Shown: piece after piece, positions 54,605-64,000 of the stretch
Layout: the number at the start of each line of letters is the position of its first letter
Numbering within the stretch: the first letter of the stretch is position 1
Assembly (NCBI GenBank): GCA_023205875.1
Contig: CP060754.1
Location: forward strand, 744,001 to 808,000
DNA from: Chloropicon primus
Taxonomy: Eukaryota
DNA: 64,000 nt
Direction: 5' to 3'
The notes under the pieces: generated by a model
Databases searched by the model: none
Seen by the model: only the letters and a program-made list of their open reading frames with translations
What the model was told of the DNA's origin: nothing
Position numbers and translations under genes: made by a program

Positions 54605-57600
54605 ATGGAGCGTGGGAACATCTCCAGCGCCTTCCAGTCGGTGGTTCCGATATTCCTCCTGGCGGCTGGGGCGACGATACCCGCGGCCGTGCAGAGTCTG
54701 TTCTACCTGTGCTGCCTCTTCTGCCACTTCAGGTTCTTGGTCTGGTCCAACGCTTCGGACAACTGCGGGGCGACTGCGAGGCGTGCCCTGCGGCTGTGGA
54801 CCCTCCTGCTGGGGTTCTCCTTCGGCTTTCTCACCATGGAGATTCTGGCGCAGGTTGCGCTGAACTTGGACCTGAGCAACGAGGGCGACACCCTGGACGC
54901 CGTTCTCAGGGTCCTGGGTCTCTGCAACAGGACGGCCGAGAGGCTGATTTTGGCGCTCTTCAAGCACTTCCTCGTGCTCTTCGTGAGCACCTGGCAGAGG
55001 GGGATGTTCCTGAGCATCATCGACGAGGAGGACTCTACGCACGCGTACCCAGACCTCTTGGAGATCAAAAAGAGCTGCATAAAGTTCGCGGAGAAGGTGG
55101 CAACTCACGTGTGGCCCCTCGTGCTGCTGAGCTTGTGCTTGTTGAAGATTACGCCGCTCAACCTGCCCTACGTGGCGTACATGACGGCGTACAGCTTTTA
55201 CACGGGAAGCAAAATTTACGGGGCCGGGAAAAGGACTACGATCAAGGGGATCAAGATAGGCTACATGTTCTATTCCTCTCTGCACTACGTTTTCCTTCTG
55301 GTTGTGCGCGTGGGCTCCCACTTCAGTTCTGACATCAGCAGCCTGGCGGATAAAACCAGGTTGTCCTTTCTCTGCCGCGAGGGGTCGTTTGCCATCACTA
55401 CTCTGTACATCGCAGACCTGGTGTTCGCGCTGCTGTTGGGCCTGTTCGAATTCAGCATAGAAAAGTATCCCAAGGTCAGGGGGGAGGGCCTCCGCGAGCC
55501 CCTCCTTCCAAGGGATGGCGCGGACAACGGAGAGAGCGAAAAGAGCGAGGACCGGCTGGAGCGTGTCGATCCTTACGCATTCCACTGGTGCACAGGCTGG
55601 CTCTTCTGCCTGTATGCACTTCTCCTCAACAAAATGATTGGGTTCTTGATTCTCCTTTCCGGGCTCCTGATTCTGATCGTGCCTCGACGTGAGAGCCTCT
55701 GCAAGGCGTTCATCCTGGCCTCGGCTTTTTACATGTCCTTCCTCTGGCTTGCGGTGTATCTCATTGTCAGCAGCAGCACCTGCAGCAGGCCTGTGGAGGG
55801 CCTCGGGTTGTGCGACGGGCGATCCAAGAACGTAAACAGGTTCTTTGAGACGCACTTGCTTTCCATCCTCCCCATCTTCAGCATCCTTGTGATGAAGCAA
55901 GTCAGGCTTTACCAAACGGACAAAGCCCGCAACCACTGGATACACTGCGTGTACGACGCGTGCAACGGTTACCTGCAATTGATGTTGGGCACGGTTTCCT
56001 GCGTCCTTGTTCCCCTGACGTGGACTTATCTCGCGGTTTTTTGCCAGCCAGACAACGACGTGCTCCATTCCCTGTACATCGTCGTCCTGGTCGTGAGCTT
56101 GGTCTTCAGGATGGACGTCCTGAGGGTGTCCAAGGTTCTTGCCGCATTCCACATATTAGTCGTCTTCCTGACAAAGAAGCTCTTCTTCGGAGAGGGTCTT
56201 CTGAATTTCAAGTGCGAAAGGGGTTCCATCACCGCCATTATCAACAGCTGCGTCCTTTCGAACAGGAAGTACACGGCAGACATGTTGCTGCTCCTTTCCC
56301 TTGTGCTGGCCACCAGCGTGGACAGAAGCGTCGTGGAGGAGAAGGGCAGGCTAGTCGTGAACTACTTCAAATGTATCTTCGCCAGCCTGAAAGCTGCAAG
56401 GGAGAATTTCTTGAAGGTATCGGTCTACGTATGCGGGAGATCTCTGGGTTGGTGCTTGACGCTGCTGCTCATTATGTTGCTCGTGCACCTGGAGAACCTG
56501 AAAGGAATGAAGAATTCTTTGATCCAAGTTCTGTGGACTATCGTATGCATCCTGAACCTCGTGTTCTCGAACTTTTCAGGAACGTATGCAAAGAAAGCAA
56601 AGGGTTTGCTCCGACTGGCGATCCCAACGGGGGCCGTGGTCCATTTGCTGACCCAGTTCACGTATGCGGCCTTCTATCGATCCATCTACAAGGTCCTTCC
56701 GGACGCCAAGAAAACTGCATCTTTCATTGAGGACGATGTCGGCCTCAGCAGGGACACCAGCTCCTGGCACCTGATTGTTAGCATCGTAGAGCCGATTGCC
56801 ATAATGCTGCTAATGCGGCTCTACTCCTTCTGCAATGCCGCTAGCAGTGGAGACGCAAAGTTAGAGTCACCTTCTTTCCGCTTCATCCAGAGGTTGGCGA
56901 TCGTTCACCTGGACAAGATGCTTGCTTTCACGGTCTTTCTCTTCGCAGTGAACCTGAATACTGTGCTGGGAACCCTGATACTGTTGTGCTACCTCATCTC
57001 CCTTCACAGGAAGCCTTATGGGTTCACGGCCTTGTGCTTGCTCAGAAGCTGCGAGATTCTGACGTGCATCACTCTCGTTGCTGCCGAGGCCCTTTACGTG
57101 CCTTGTGTGTCCAGGTCGTTGAGCGACCGAATGACGAAGCTGATCAACTTCGTTTGCTGTGGAAATCAGAAGGGCTACTTCATTACCTCTTGGCTCTCCT
57201 TGGCGATCCTGTCGCTGAGCAAGATAACGGTGCAGCACAGAACTTCTCACACTCTCGGCGAGTTCGTGACGTCTTGGCCATCTGCCCTCAATCCCGCGTC
57301 CAGAGAGAAGAGGGTCGTGGCCAAGGAGTCCAAGGCCAAGGAGGAGCCGCAGGAGGGACAAGCAGAGAAGAAAGACTATGGGGAGGCGAAGAGGAAGGAG
57401 AAGATCAAGCTGGAGACAGAGGAAACGAAGTGGAAGAGGCTGAAGAATCAGCTCTGGTATCTTGAGCTAGTCACGCCATTCCACATCGAGAGGGCATTTG
57501 CGAACCATGGATCTGGAATTTGCTCTTTGGTCTTCCTTTTATGCGCGTTCTATGCCAAGAACATCATCTCGATTGTCTATGTCTGCTTCATCTTGATCTC

Positions 57601-60600
57601 CGTCCGGAAAAGCACGGGGAGGAAAGCCTGGGAAATTATTTCGATCATCTGCACCGTGATAGCTTTGTACCAAGACACGCTCGCCATTTTGGAGACACAC
57701 GAGATATTGGTCATCAACGGGATATCAAAGGAGTGGGTGTACTGGCTGTCACTGAAGCCGACCAAGCAATTGATCTGGACGTGCATGATCGCAGCTTTCT
57801 TCTCGTGCATGAAATCCAGGTACGACAGGTTCGGGGAGTCAGTGAAGAGCGAAAGAGAGAAATTGGACCAGCACCACGTCAAGTTTTTCGACCACGGCTT
57901 TTGGAGCGAAATCTCTTTCTCTGGCAGAAAGCGGTGGACAACGCTCGAGTACGTCATGTACGGATTCTTCAGATACTCGCAAGACATTTCGCTGGTCTTC
58001 GTGGTGTCTCTTGCTTTCTATGACAAGGACGTCATTCATCTTGGATACCTCTTTCTGTCCCTGTATTTCTTCCGCCAGAGGGAGGCCCTGAGAAAGAGGA
58101 AGAACCGGTTTTGGGTTTTCATGGTGGGCTTTAATCTCACCATCATCTCGCTCAACGTCATATATCAGATGCCGGTGTTCAGGTCCACGAGCAAAGAGAA
58201 CACTTGCAATGTTCAAAATCTGATAGGATTGTACAAGATCACTGGACTCCTTGGGAACAGCATCCGCACGGTGAGCATGAGGCCGATCACCAGTATTCTC
58301 CTCTTCGTGGTCCTCCAAATTCAAGCCAATCTGTTCCGGGGCAGGATTCACGTGGCAGTCACCTCGTGCGGAATGGACGTAAGGGAGTACAAGCAGAACT
58401 ACATCATCAAGCTTCAGCACAGGAAGATGTTGTTGAAGAAATTCAAAGTCGAGGAAGCCTACAAGAACAACGAGTCCAGGAAGCAGCGTCTCAAGTGGCT
58501 GAGAAAGAATGTCTTGCAGAAAGAAACGACTATGGGGGACGATGAGGGGCACACTGTCACCGCCATTACAGGTGGCTCGCCGGAGAAGAAGAAGGAGAAT
58601 GTCGAGGAGAAAGAAGAGAGTGAAGAGTTGGACACCCCGGCCACGAGGAAGAGGTCGCACACCCGAAGCACTTCGGATCTCCCGGAGCAAATGTTCCTCA
58701 CCAGTGCCTACGGCCAGAGCGCAAGGCCCTCAGAGGCGAGGGAGCGGGCGAGGCTCGAGGTTGAGGATGATGACGAGCCTGGCGAGGGAGAAGAAGAGGG
58801 AGAGGGAGAGGGAGTTGGAGAGAGCTCCAACGGCGGCAGAGAAGAGAGAGCAGAAATTGTTGAGACTGTTATTCCCGAGGAGGAGGCAGATGAATCGAAA
58901 GCAATCGTGAAGGGAGAAAACGTGGACGAGAGCTCGCACGAGATCGGGATTCCTCCAGAGTTGCTGATGACAAGCTTCTGGCAGAAGCTGTTTGTTCCGA
59001 ACAGGACCGATTCGCACAACTTCTTCTGCTACTTTTGCATGTGCCTGTTCTTCATCTCAGAATTCAGCATTCTGTCGATGATATTTCCGGCTTTGATCTT
59101 CTACTACAGCCTGCTCGTCGAGTCGCCCTCCAAGAACTTCTGGAAGTTTGCCCTCGCGCTCATGGAAGTCTGGCTCTTGGGTCAGTACGTGTGGCAGATT
59201 CCGATCTACAACTCGGGCATCTCGTCGGACAACGTTTCGATCTGCTTGTGGGTCTCGGAGAGGGCCTCCCTGAAAATTTTGCAGGTGATTGGCCTCCACG
59301 AGTCCGCTGCAAGGTGCTTCCCAGGATTCCTGCTGTACCTGTCTTGCTTGTTCCACTTCTTCAGCCTCGAGAGCAAGATCGTGGAGGTTGCGAACGAGGA
59401 GGAGTACAGCGGTTCAAGGTTCAGCCTGATCGTAAGAAAGGTGAAGCTGTTTTACCTCAGATTGTGCACCTACCACGAGGACTCCCCCTCGTTTGTGCAC
59501 TTCAAGGTGAAGGGCAAGAAATCGAGCCTCGCCCAGTTGTCCAACGTCGAGTGGGGAATGGGCCTCACAGTCTTCCTCAAGGAGAAGATGGCAGAGCTGT
59601 CTTACACGACATGCACGCCCCACATCAAGGTGCTTGGAGTCGAGAGAGATGGCAAGAGGGACGAGGCCGTGATTCTGGGGGTGGTGGACACGCCTTTCAA
59701 TTTCGAGTCGAACGACGGGCTGCTCATACAGCCAGGCAGGACGATAGCAAAGCTGGTGCGGCGGACTACGGGCGAGAAGCTCTTCGATCCTTGGAGGAAA
59801 GCACTAGAGGCGCAGCCAAACGAAGAAGAGATTCCAAAGTCCCTGAAGAGCGGCGTTACCCTCGAGGACGCTTTCGCGGCCCACGAGGAGAAGCCAGATC
59901 TCTACGTGTACACCGTGCTGATGGATTTGTTCGCGTACATTTTCGTGCTGTGCCTCTATCAAGTTGCGGTGTCTTCCAACAAGAGCCTTTCAGAGAGCTT
60001 GAACGAAAGCATTTTCCCGGCAGACTACATCGTGACGATGCTCGGGCTCTTCCTCTTCTTGGTGGCGGACAGGGCGGTCTACGTCATTGCATCGAATCGG
60101 GCGAGAACCCTCTTGCACTACGTGTCAGTTCCAGCATATTTTGCGGGGGGAATGCTCATGTACTGGCAGAGGGCACCAGAGCACCCGAGTTACACATGCA
60201 TTTTCATGTTCGTCAAGTGCTTTTCTCTGGCACTGCAGAGCTGGCAGCTCCAGGCGGGCTACCCTAAATCCACTTCCGGGAGCTTGCTTTTGCGCCACTA
60301 CAACACGATCTCGTGGCTTGGGGTCGTCATCTACACCGCAATCCCTTTCCTGTACGAGTTAAGATGCCTGCTCGATTGGACTTGCACAGCAACAACCTTG
60401 ACCTTGTTCGACTGGCTCACTTTCGAGGAGATCAGGCTGATGCTCTACAGGGCGGAGATGGTGAAGCAGTTCAAGAGCAGGCGCAAGTTCGGCAATTCTC
60501 AACCAAAGCATGTCAAGTTCTTCCAAGGCCTGCTCCTCTTCATCCTGCTCCTGATCGTGTTGTGGACGCCCTTGCTCGTGTTCTCGTCGGGGAGCCCTTC

Positions 60601-61663
60601 GTTCCAGGTTCCAGTGCTCAAGGGCCTGGACATGAACGTGACTTTGCTCACGGGCGACTTGAAGCTTAAGCAGCCATGGACCCGGCCGAGCCAGGCGATG
60701 CCACTCTTCAAGGGAGGAAACAACAGGCTCATCACAGAAGCAGAGTACTCGCCAACGCTCATCAGCAAGTACTTCTACTACCAGCAGCTCCAGTGCTTGG
60801 CAGTGGCCCCAGAATCCAATCAGATGTGGATGGCCAGCGAGCCCAGCAAGTCGTCCTTCGCCTCGGACCTGGTCAAGGACGACAAGCTGGCGTACATTTC
60901 TGTGTCGTGGTCGATGATTAGGGACCACCCCGTGTCAGCCTCCATGTGCGCGAGCACGATCTACGCCCAGCTAGACGGGCCGACCAGGGTCGATCTCTCC
61001 CTTGCCATCAACCAGAGCTCCCCCTCGAACACGACCGACGTGAGAATTCCGCTGAAGCTGCTGGACCCCAGAACCAAGCAGAGCATTCCTGGCGTGTACA
61101 GGCTTTACTGGCAGTTGAACGGCTCGCCCTGCGCTGTCGTGGACAGGGTCGGCATCCTCCAGGGCAATGATCCGTGGGTCCGTTGCTCTTTGGTTCTTCA
61201 CACCCAGGTGGACAAGACGGACGGCTTCGCCTTCAAATCCCAGTGGTGGGACATGGAGTGCGACGTCCCTCAGGAGGGACAAGACGACAACAAGACCGAC
61301 TCGTGTTGGGACAAGGGCAGCAAGAGCTCAAGGGGCAAGAACGGCCCGTTGCTCAAGGCGATTCTCCAAGAGGTCCAGTCCGGGGTGATAGGCACCTTCC
61401 TTTCCAGCAAGGGCATCACGGGTCTCTACATCACCTTCGTGTTCTTGATTGGTCGCGGAGTCAGAGCGATGGTCTCCAACAGGATACTACAAATTCCTCA
61501 GATCAACCTGCCCTCCATCGTGAAGCTCAGAACGCTGTGCGACGACGTGAGGGACGCCAGAACGGTCTTCGACCTCGAGCTGGAGGAGCTTCTCTACAAG
61601 GCACTGATCAGAATCTACAGAAGCACTGAGCTCCTGTACGAGATGACGAGGAAGATGGAGTGA
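54605..61663 (+). CDS. PIEZO: PIEZO mechanosensitive channel, apparently intronless
   Basis: About 2350 aa with many TM helices; LQAGYP, IPFLYELRCLLDWTCTATTLTLFDWL, GLYITFVFLIGR, LIRIYRSTELL. Alternative ATG at 54485. Confidence 0.93.
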   Translation: MERGNISSAFQSVVPIFLLAAGATIPAAVQSLFYLCCLFCHFRFLVWSNASDNCGATARRALRLWTLLLGFSFGFLTMEILAQVALNLDLSNEGDTLDAVLRVLGLCNRTAERLILALFKHFLVLFVSTWQRGMFLSIIDEEDSTHAYPDLLEIKKSCIKFAEKVATHVWPLVLLSLCLLKITPLNLPYVAYMTAYSFYTGSKIYGAGKRTTIKGIKIGYMFYSSLHYVFLLVVRVGSHFSSDISSLADKTRLSFLCREGSFAITTLYIADLVFALLLGLFEFSIEKYPKVRGEGLREPLLPRDGADNGESEKSEDRLERVDPYAFHWCTGWLFCLYALLLNKMIGFLILLSGLLILIVPRRESLCKAFILASAFYMSFLWLAVYLIVSSSTCSRPVEGLGLCDGRSKNVNRFFETHLLSILPIFSILVMKQVRLYQTDKARNHWIHCVYDACNGYLQLMLGTVSCVLVPLTWTYLAVFCQPDNDVLHSLYIVVLVVSLVFRMDVLRVSKVLAAFHILVVFLTKKLFFGEGLLNFKCERGSITAIINSCVLSNRKYTADMLLLLSLVLATSVDRSVVEEKGRLVVNYFKCIFASLKAARENFLKVSVYVCGRSLGWCLTLLLIMLLVHLENLKGMKNSLIQVLWTIVCILNLVFSNFSGTYAKKAKGLLRLAIPTGAVVHLLTQFTYAAFYRSIYKVLPDAKKTASFIEDDVGLSRDTSSWHLIVSIVEPIAIMLLMRLYSFCNAASSGDAKLESPSFRFIQRLAIVHLDKMLAFTVFLFAVNLNTVLGTLILLCYLISLHRKPYGFTALCLLRSCEILTCITLVAAEALYVPCVSRSLSDRMTKLINFVCCGNQKGYFITSWLSLAILSLSKITVQHRTSHTLGEFVTSWPSALNPASREKRVVAKESKAKEEPQEGQAEKKDYGEAKRKEKIKLETEETKWKRLKNQLWYLELVTPFHIERAFANHGSGICSLVFLLCAFYAKNIISIVYVCFILISVRKSTGRKAWEIISIICTVIALYQDTLAILETHEILVINGISKEWVYWLSLKPTKQLIWTCMIAAFFSCMKSRYDRFGESVKSEREKLDQHHVKFFDHGFWSEISFSGRKRWTTLEYVMYGFFRYSQDISLVFVVSLAFYDKDVIHLGYLFLSLYFFRQREALRKRKNRFWVFMVGFNLTIISLNVIYQMPVFRSTSKENTCNVQNLIGLYKITGLLGNSIRTVSMRPITSILLFVVLQIQANLFRGRIHVAVTSCGMDVREYKQNYIIKLQHRKMLLKKFKVEEAYKNNESRKQRLKWLRKNVLQKETTMGDDEGHTVTAITGGSPEKKKENVEEKEESEELDTPATRKRSHTRSTSDLPEQMFLTSAYGQSARPSEARERARLEVEDDDEPGEGEEEGEGEGVGESSNGGREERAEIVETVIPEEEADESKAIVKGENVDESSHEIGIPPELLMTSFWQKLFVPNRTDSHNFFCYFCMCLFFISEFSILSMIFPALIFYYSLLVESPSKNFWKFALALMEVWLLGQYVWQIPIYNSGISSDNVSICLWVSERASLKILQVIGLHESAARCFPGFLLYLSCLFHFFSLESKIVEVANEEEYSGSRFSLIVRKVKLFYLRLCTYHEDSPSFVHFKVKGKKSSLAQLSNVEWGMGLTVFLKEKMAELSYTTCTPHIKVLGVERDGKRDEAVILGVVDTPFNFESNDGLLIQPGRTIAKLVRRTTGEKLFDPWRKALEAQPNEEEIPKSLKSGVTLEDAFAAHEEKPDLYVYTVLMDLFAYIFVLCLYQVAVSSNKSLSESLNESIFPADYIVTMLGLFLFLVADRAVYVIASNRARTLLHYVSVPAYFAGGMLMYWQRAPEHPSYTCIFMFVKCFSLALQSWQLQAGYPKSTSGSLLLRHYNTISWLGVVIYTAIPFLYELRCLLDWTCTATTLTLFDWLTFEEIRLMLYRAEMVKQFKSRRKFGNSQPKHVKFFQGLLLFILLLIVLWTPLLVFSSGSPSFQVPVLKGLDMNVTLLTGDLKLKQPWTRPSQAMPLFKGGNNRLITEAEYSPTLISKYFYYQQLQCLAVAPESNQMWMASEPSKSSFASDLVKDDKLAYISVSWSMIRDHPVSASMCASTIYAQLDGPTRVDLSLAINQSSPSNTTDVRIPLKLLDPRTKQSIPGVYRLYWQLNGSPCAVVDRVGILQGNDPWVRCSLVLHTQVDKTDGFAFKSQWWDMECDVPQEGQDDNKTDSCWDKGSKSSRGKNGPLLKAILQEVQSGVIGTFLSSKGITGLYITFVFLIGRGVRAMVSNRILQIPQINLPSIVKLRTLCDDVRDARTVFDLELEELLYKALIRIYRSTELLYEMTRKME

Positions 61664-61761
61664 GACCCGACGGGGCTTCGCGAGGCAATGACTCGAACGA
61701 TTTTCTCTCGTAAACATAATTGTATACACTTTTGTAATAAATACAGCAACGAATTGGTTAG

Positions 61762-62244
61762 TTACTTCAGGCTTCCCGATCCCGACTCCCCCACGACCTC
61801 ATCCCTGGTCCTCAGCATGCGGACGCCCGCGTACTCAAGCTCCCCCATCAGGGCCACCTGAGGCTTCTTCACGAAAACGTCTACGTGCTCGACCTGTTCG
61901 AAGCCGCGGAAGACGCTCGCAACTATGGTACTGGCCAGGCTCTCCACCAGTTCGTGCCTCCTGCCCCTTCCCTCGACGATCTCTTTCACCGTCCGATATA
62001 CCGCGGCGTAGTCCACCGTCCTGGTCACGTCGTCTGTCCTCCCAGCGCTCTCCAGGCAGCATCCCAGTTTGAGGTCCACCACGAACTTTTGGCCCAGGGC
62101 CTCCTCTTCCTTCAGCACGCCGTGCCTCCCGAAGAAGCTTAGACCCTTGAGCACGATCGTATCCCTCCCCCCCCTCGCCACCGCCTCGCTCGCCAGGGCC
62201 CTCCGGGCGAACGACACCGCCATAGACGTCATAGACGCTCTCAT
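61762..62244 (-). CDS. folB: Dihydroneopterin aldolase
   Basis: DTIVLKGLSFFGRHGVLKEEEALGQKFVVD, TVDYA, LVESLA, VKKP. Confidence 0.93.
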   Translation of the reverse strand: MRASMTSMAVSFARRALASEAVARGGRDTIVLKGLSFFGRHGVLKEEEALGQKFVVDLKLGCCLESAGRTDDVTRTVDYAAVYRTVKEIVEGRGRRHELVESLASTIVASVFRGFEQVEHVDVFVKKPQVALMGELEYAGVRMLRTRDEVVGESGSGSLK

Positions 62245-62372
62245 CTCCAGACTTCTTCCCCCCCCCCGACCCCGAAGGCTTGAGCCTCTTGGAGAGGATT
62301 GAGGGGATCGAGGGGATCGAGGGGATTGAGAGAGGAGGGGGTCTATTGATTTCGGGGGCAAGAGCAGATAAA

Positions 62373-63866
62373 TTACACGTTTTCTTTCTTCCTGTAAAGC
62401 ACGAGGTAGGTGTCGGAGCTTCCGTCCTCAAGCCCGCTGCCATTCATCTCCCAAATCTCGTCGTCGTCGCAGTGAAACCACCTCTTGTTGAGGTCCTTGA
62501 CGCAAGCGGTGTAGTGCCCGCTCTGGAGGCTGTTTCCGTGGTGGGAAATGGTCGCAAAGAGCTCGTACTCGACTGGGGGGCCACCCACGAGGGTGTCCTT
62601 CCCCACCACGAGGGAGTCCGGAATCTTGCAAGACTTTGTCAGCTTGATGCTGTGCCCCGAGCTGGTGTAGGAGAACCTCATGAGTTGGACCACCATGACC
62701 AAGGGAGGCTTCTCGATCTGGACCGTCTTAGAGGCGACGCCGCCCACGCAGTAGTCGTCGAGGTACTCCGGCACGGAAAACCTCTGCATGGCTTCCGCCA
62801 CGCCCTCCACCTCGTCCGACGATATGTCGAGCTGCAAGAAGGTGAACGGCTCGATGCACACGGAGGGCTTGGATCCCTCCGCCCTCACCGTGCTCCTCAG
62901 GAGCCCGCCAAAGATCGAGGTGATCCGCGACTTCCTCCCCTCGTTGAGCACCTCCGTGTGCCTCCTCGTCACGCTGGATTTGTTGTTCTTCCCGACCTCC
63001 TCCCAGTCCTCGGCCGGGGCTGGCGAGGCGCCACCGTTCCCCTGGCTCCCCCTGGCTCCCCCCTCCTCGGAAGCGTCGCCGACCTCCTCGATCGCCTTCT
63101 TCCTCAGCGCGATCATCTCCTCGTGGAGCTGGTCCAGGACGTGGAGCAGGAACTCCTGCGCGTCCTGCTGAGGCAGCGAGGCTGGCGTGTCGAACCCCGG
63201 CCCGCTGGTGAGGTTGCAGAACCTCTCGGTGATCTTCTCGAACACGGTGGGGTAAAACGTGGCGCCCCTCGAGGTCGATACGGAGGCCAGCGTCTGCCCC
63301 TGCCTGGCCAGGTCCTCGTCGGAGGTGCCCACCACCACGGACTTGGAGAACTCGACCAGGCTTTCCAGGACGGGCGCGACGTCGCCCGGAAAGCTCTCGC
63401 CCTCCAGCTCACGGAGGAAGCTCCTCACGTCCCTGCACGCGAAGAGAGCGTGGAGCACGGAGTTCAGGAAGCAAGTGTTCCCGTAGTTGTACAGCCCGTG
63501 CGGCACGTACTCCGTGGACGCCAGGCTGTGGAGGCGGGTCGAGTTCCACGCGAACACGTCCTGGCACTTTCGCTTGTCCCAAGACCTCGCGCTGACGGTC
63601 CAGGCCGCCGCCGGCTTCCCAGACGCCGAGGATCCCGCGCCGTTTCCCTCCCTCCCCGCCCCCGTCGCCCCCCGCTCCTGCTCCTCCTGGCCTCCTCCTC
63701 CTGGGCCTCCGTTCTCCCCTCCCCTGTCTGTGAACTGCACCACCTCCTCGAAGCTCCGGTACACGCTCGGCTCCGCGAACACCGACCTCTCAGCGCACTC
63801 GCTCATCAGCCGCGCCGACTCCTCCACGGTGAAGCTCCCGAACCTCACCGTCAACATGGCGTCCAT
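62373..63866 (-). CDS. Ubiquitin-specific protease, USP10/UBP24-like
   Basis: Cys box GLYNYGNTCFLNSVL, QQDAQEFL, His box HHGNSLQSGHY; N-terminal FGSF; EDWEEVGKNNKS segment. Confidence 0.9.
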   Translation of the reverse strand: MDAMLTVRFGSFTVEESARLMSECAERSVFAEPSVYRSFEEVVQFTDRGGENGGPGGGGQEEQERGATGAGREGNGAGSSASGKPAAAWTVSARSWDKRKCQDVFAWNSTRLHSLASTEYVPHGLYNYGNTCFLNSVLHALFACRDVRSFLRELEGESFPGDVAPVLESLVEFSKSVVVGTSDEDLARQGQTLASVSTSRGATFYPTVFEKITERFCNLTSGPGFDTPASLPQQDAQEFLLHVLDQLHEEMIALRKKAIEEVGDASEEGGARGSQGNGGASPAPAEDWEEVGKNNKSSVTRRHTEVLNEGRKSRITSIFGGLLRSTVRAEGSKPSVCIEPFTFLQLDISSDEVEGVAEAMQRFSVPEYLDDYCVGGVASKTVQIEKPPLVMVVQLMRFSYTSSGHSIKLTKSCKIPDSLVVGKDTLVGGPPVEYELFATISHHGNSLQSGHYTACVKDLNKRWFHCDDDEIWEMNGSGLEDGSSDTYLVLYRKKENV

Positions 63867-64000
63867 CCCACTGGCCCTGGCACGCACGAGGCACGAGTTC
63901 AGTTCCCCTCGTACGCTCGCACCCTCTTCGATCCTGTTTGGACGAGCGGTCGTCAAACGAAAGATCGAGGCACGAAGCGTCTCCCCTACGCCCACAGGCC

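Overview
Eukaryotic nuclear DNA from a very compact, GC-rich green-algal genome. About 40 protein genes lie in 64 kb, with short GT-AG introns carrying CTGAC-type branch points, intergenic gaps of tens to a few hundred bp, and a nuclear psaN. The organisation fits a picoplanktonic chlorophyte such as Chloropicon, but that assignment is inference. Recognisable genes include a SERCA-type Ca-ATPase, two nucleotide-sugar transporters, glutamate 5-kinase, Sec14, IFT52, aminopeptidase N, capping protein beta, a CLU/REC TPR protein, a LOV-histidine kinase, a tyrosine phosphatase, PsaN, a cNMP-binding protein, DECR2, apyrase, cysteine oxidase, HYPK, HOP1/ASY1, mTERF, a sirtuin, PIEZO, FolB and USP10. 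The most notable observations are: (1) two copied 5' exon fragments of divergently paired genes, each placed antisense directly upstream of another gene (possible promoter capture or trans-antisense RNA); (2) a recurring upstream motif CTTGTCCTTGGGA; (3) a spliced secreted protein joining an LTP/prolamin-type eight-cysteine motif to a ShK-like module; (4) a secreted PA-domain PNGase F-type protein; (5) an Eco1-like zinc finger gene with no acetyltransferase domain; (6) candidate bicistronic pairs. No rRNA, tRNA, CRISPR array or transposon was recognised. Gene models were built by hand and family calls come from motif recognition, not database searches.
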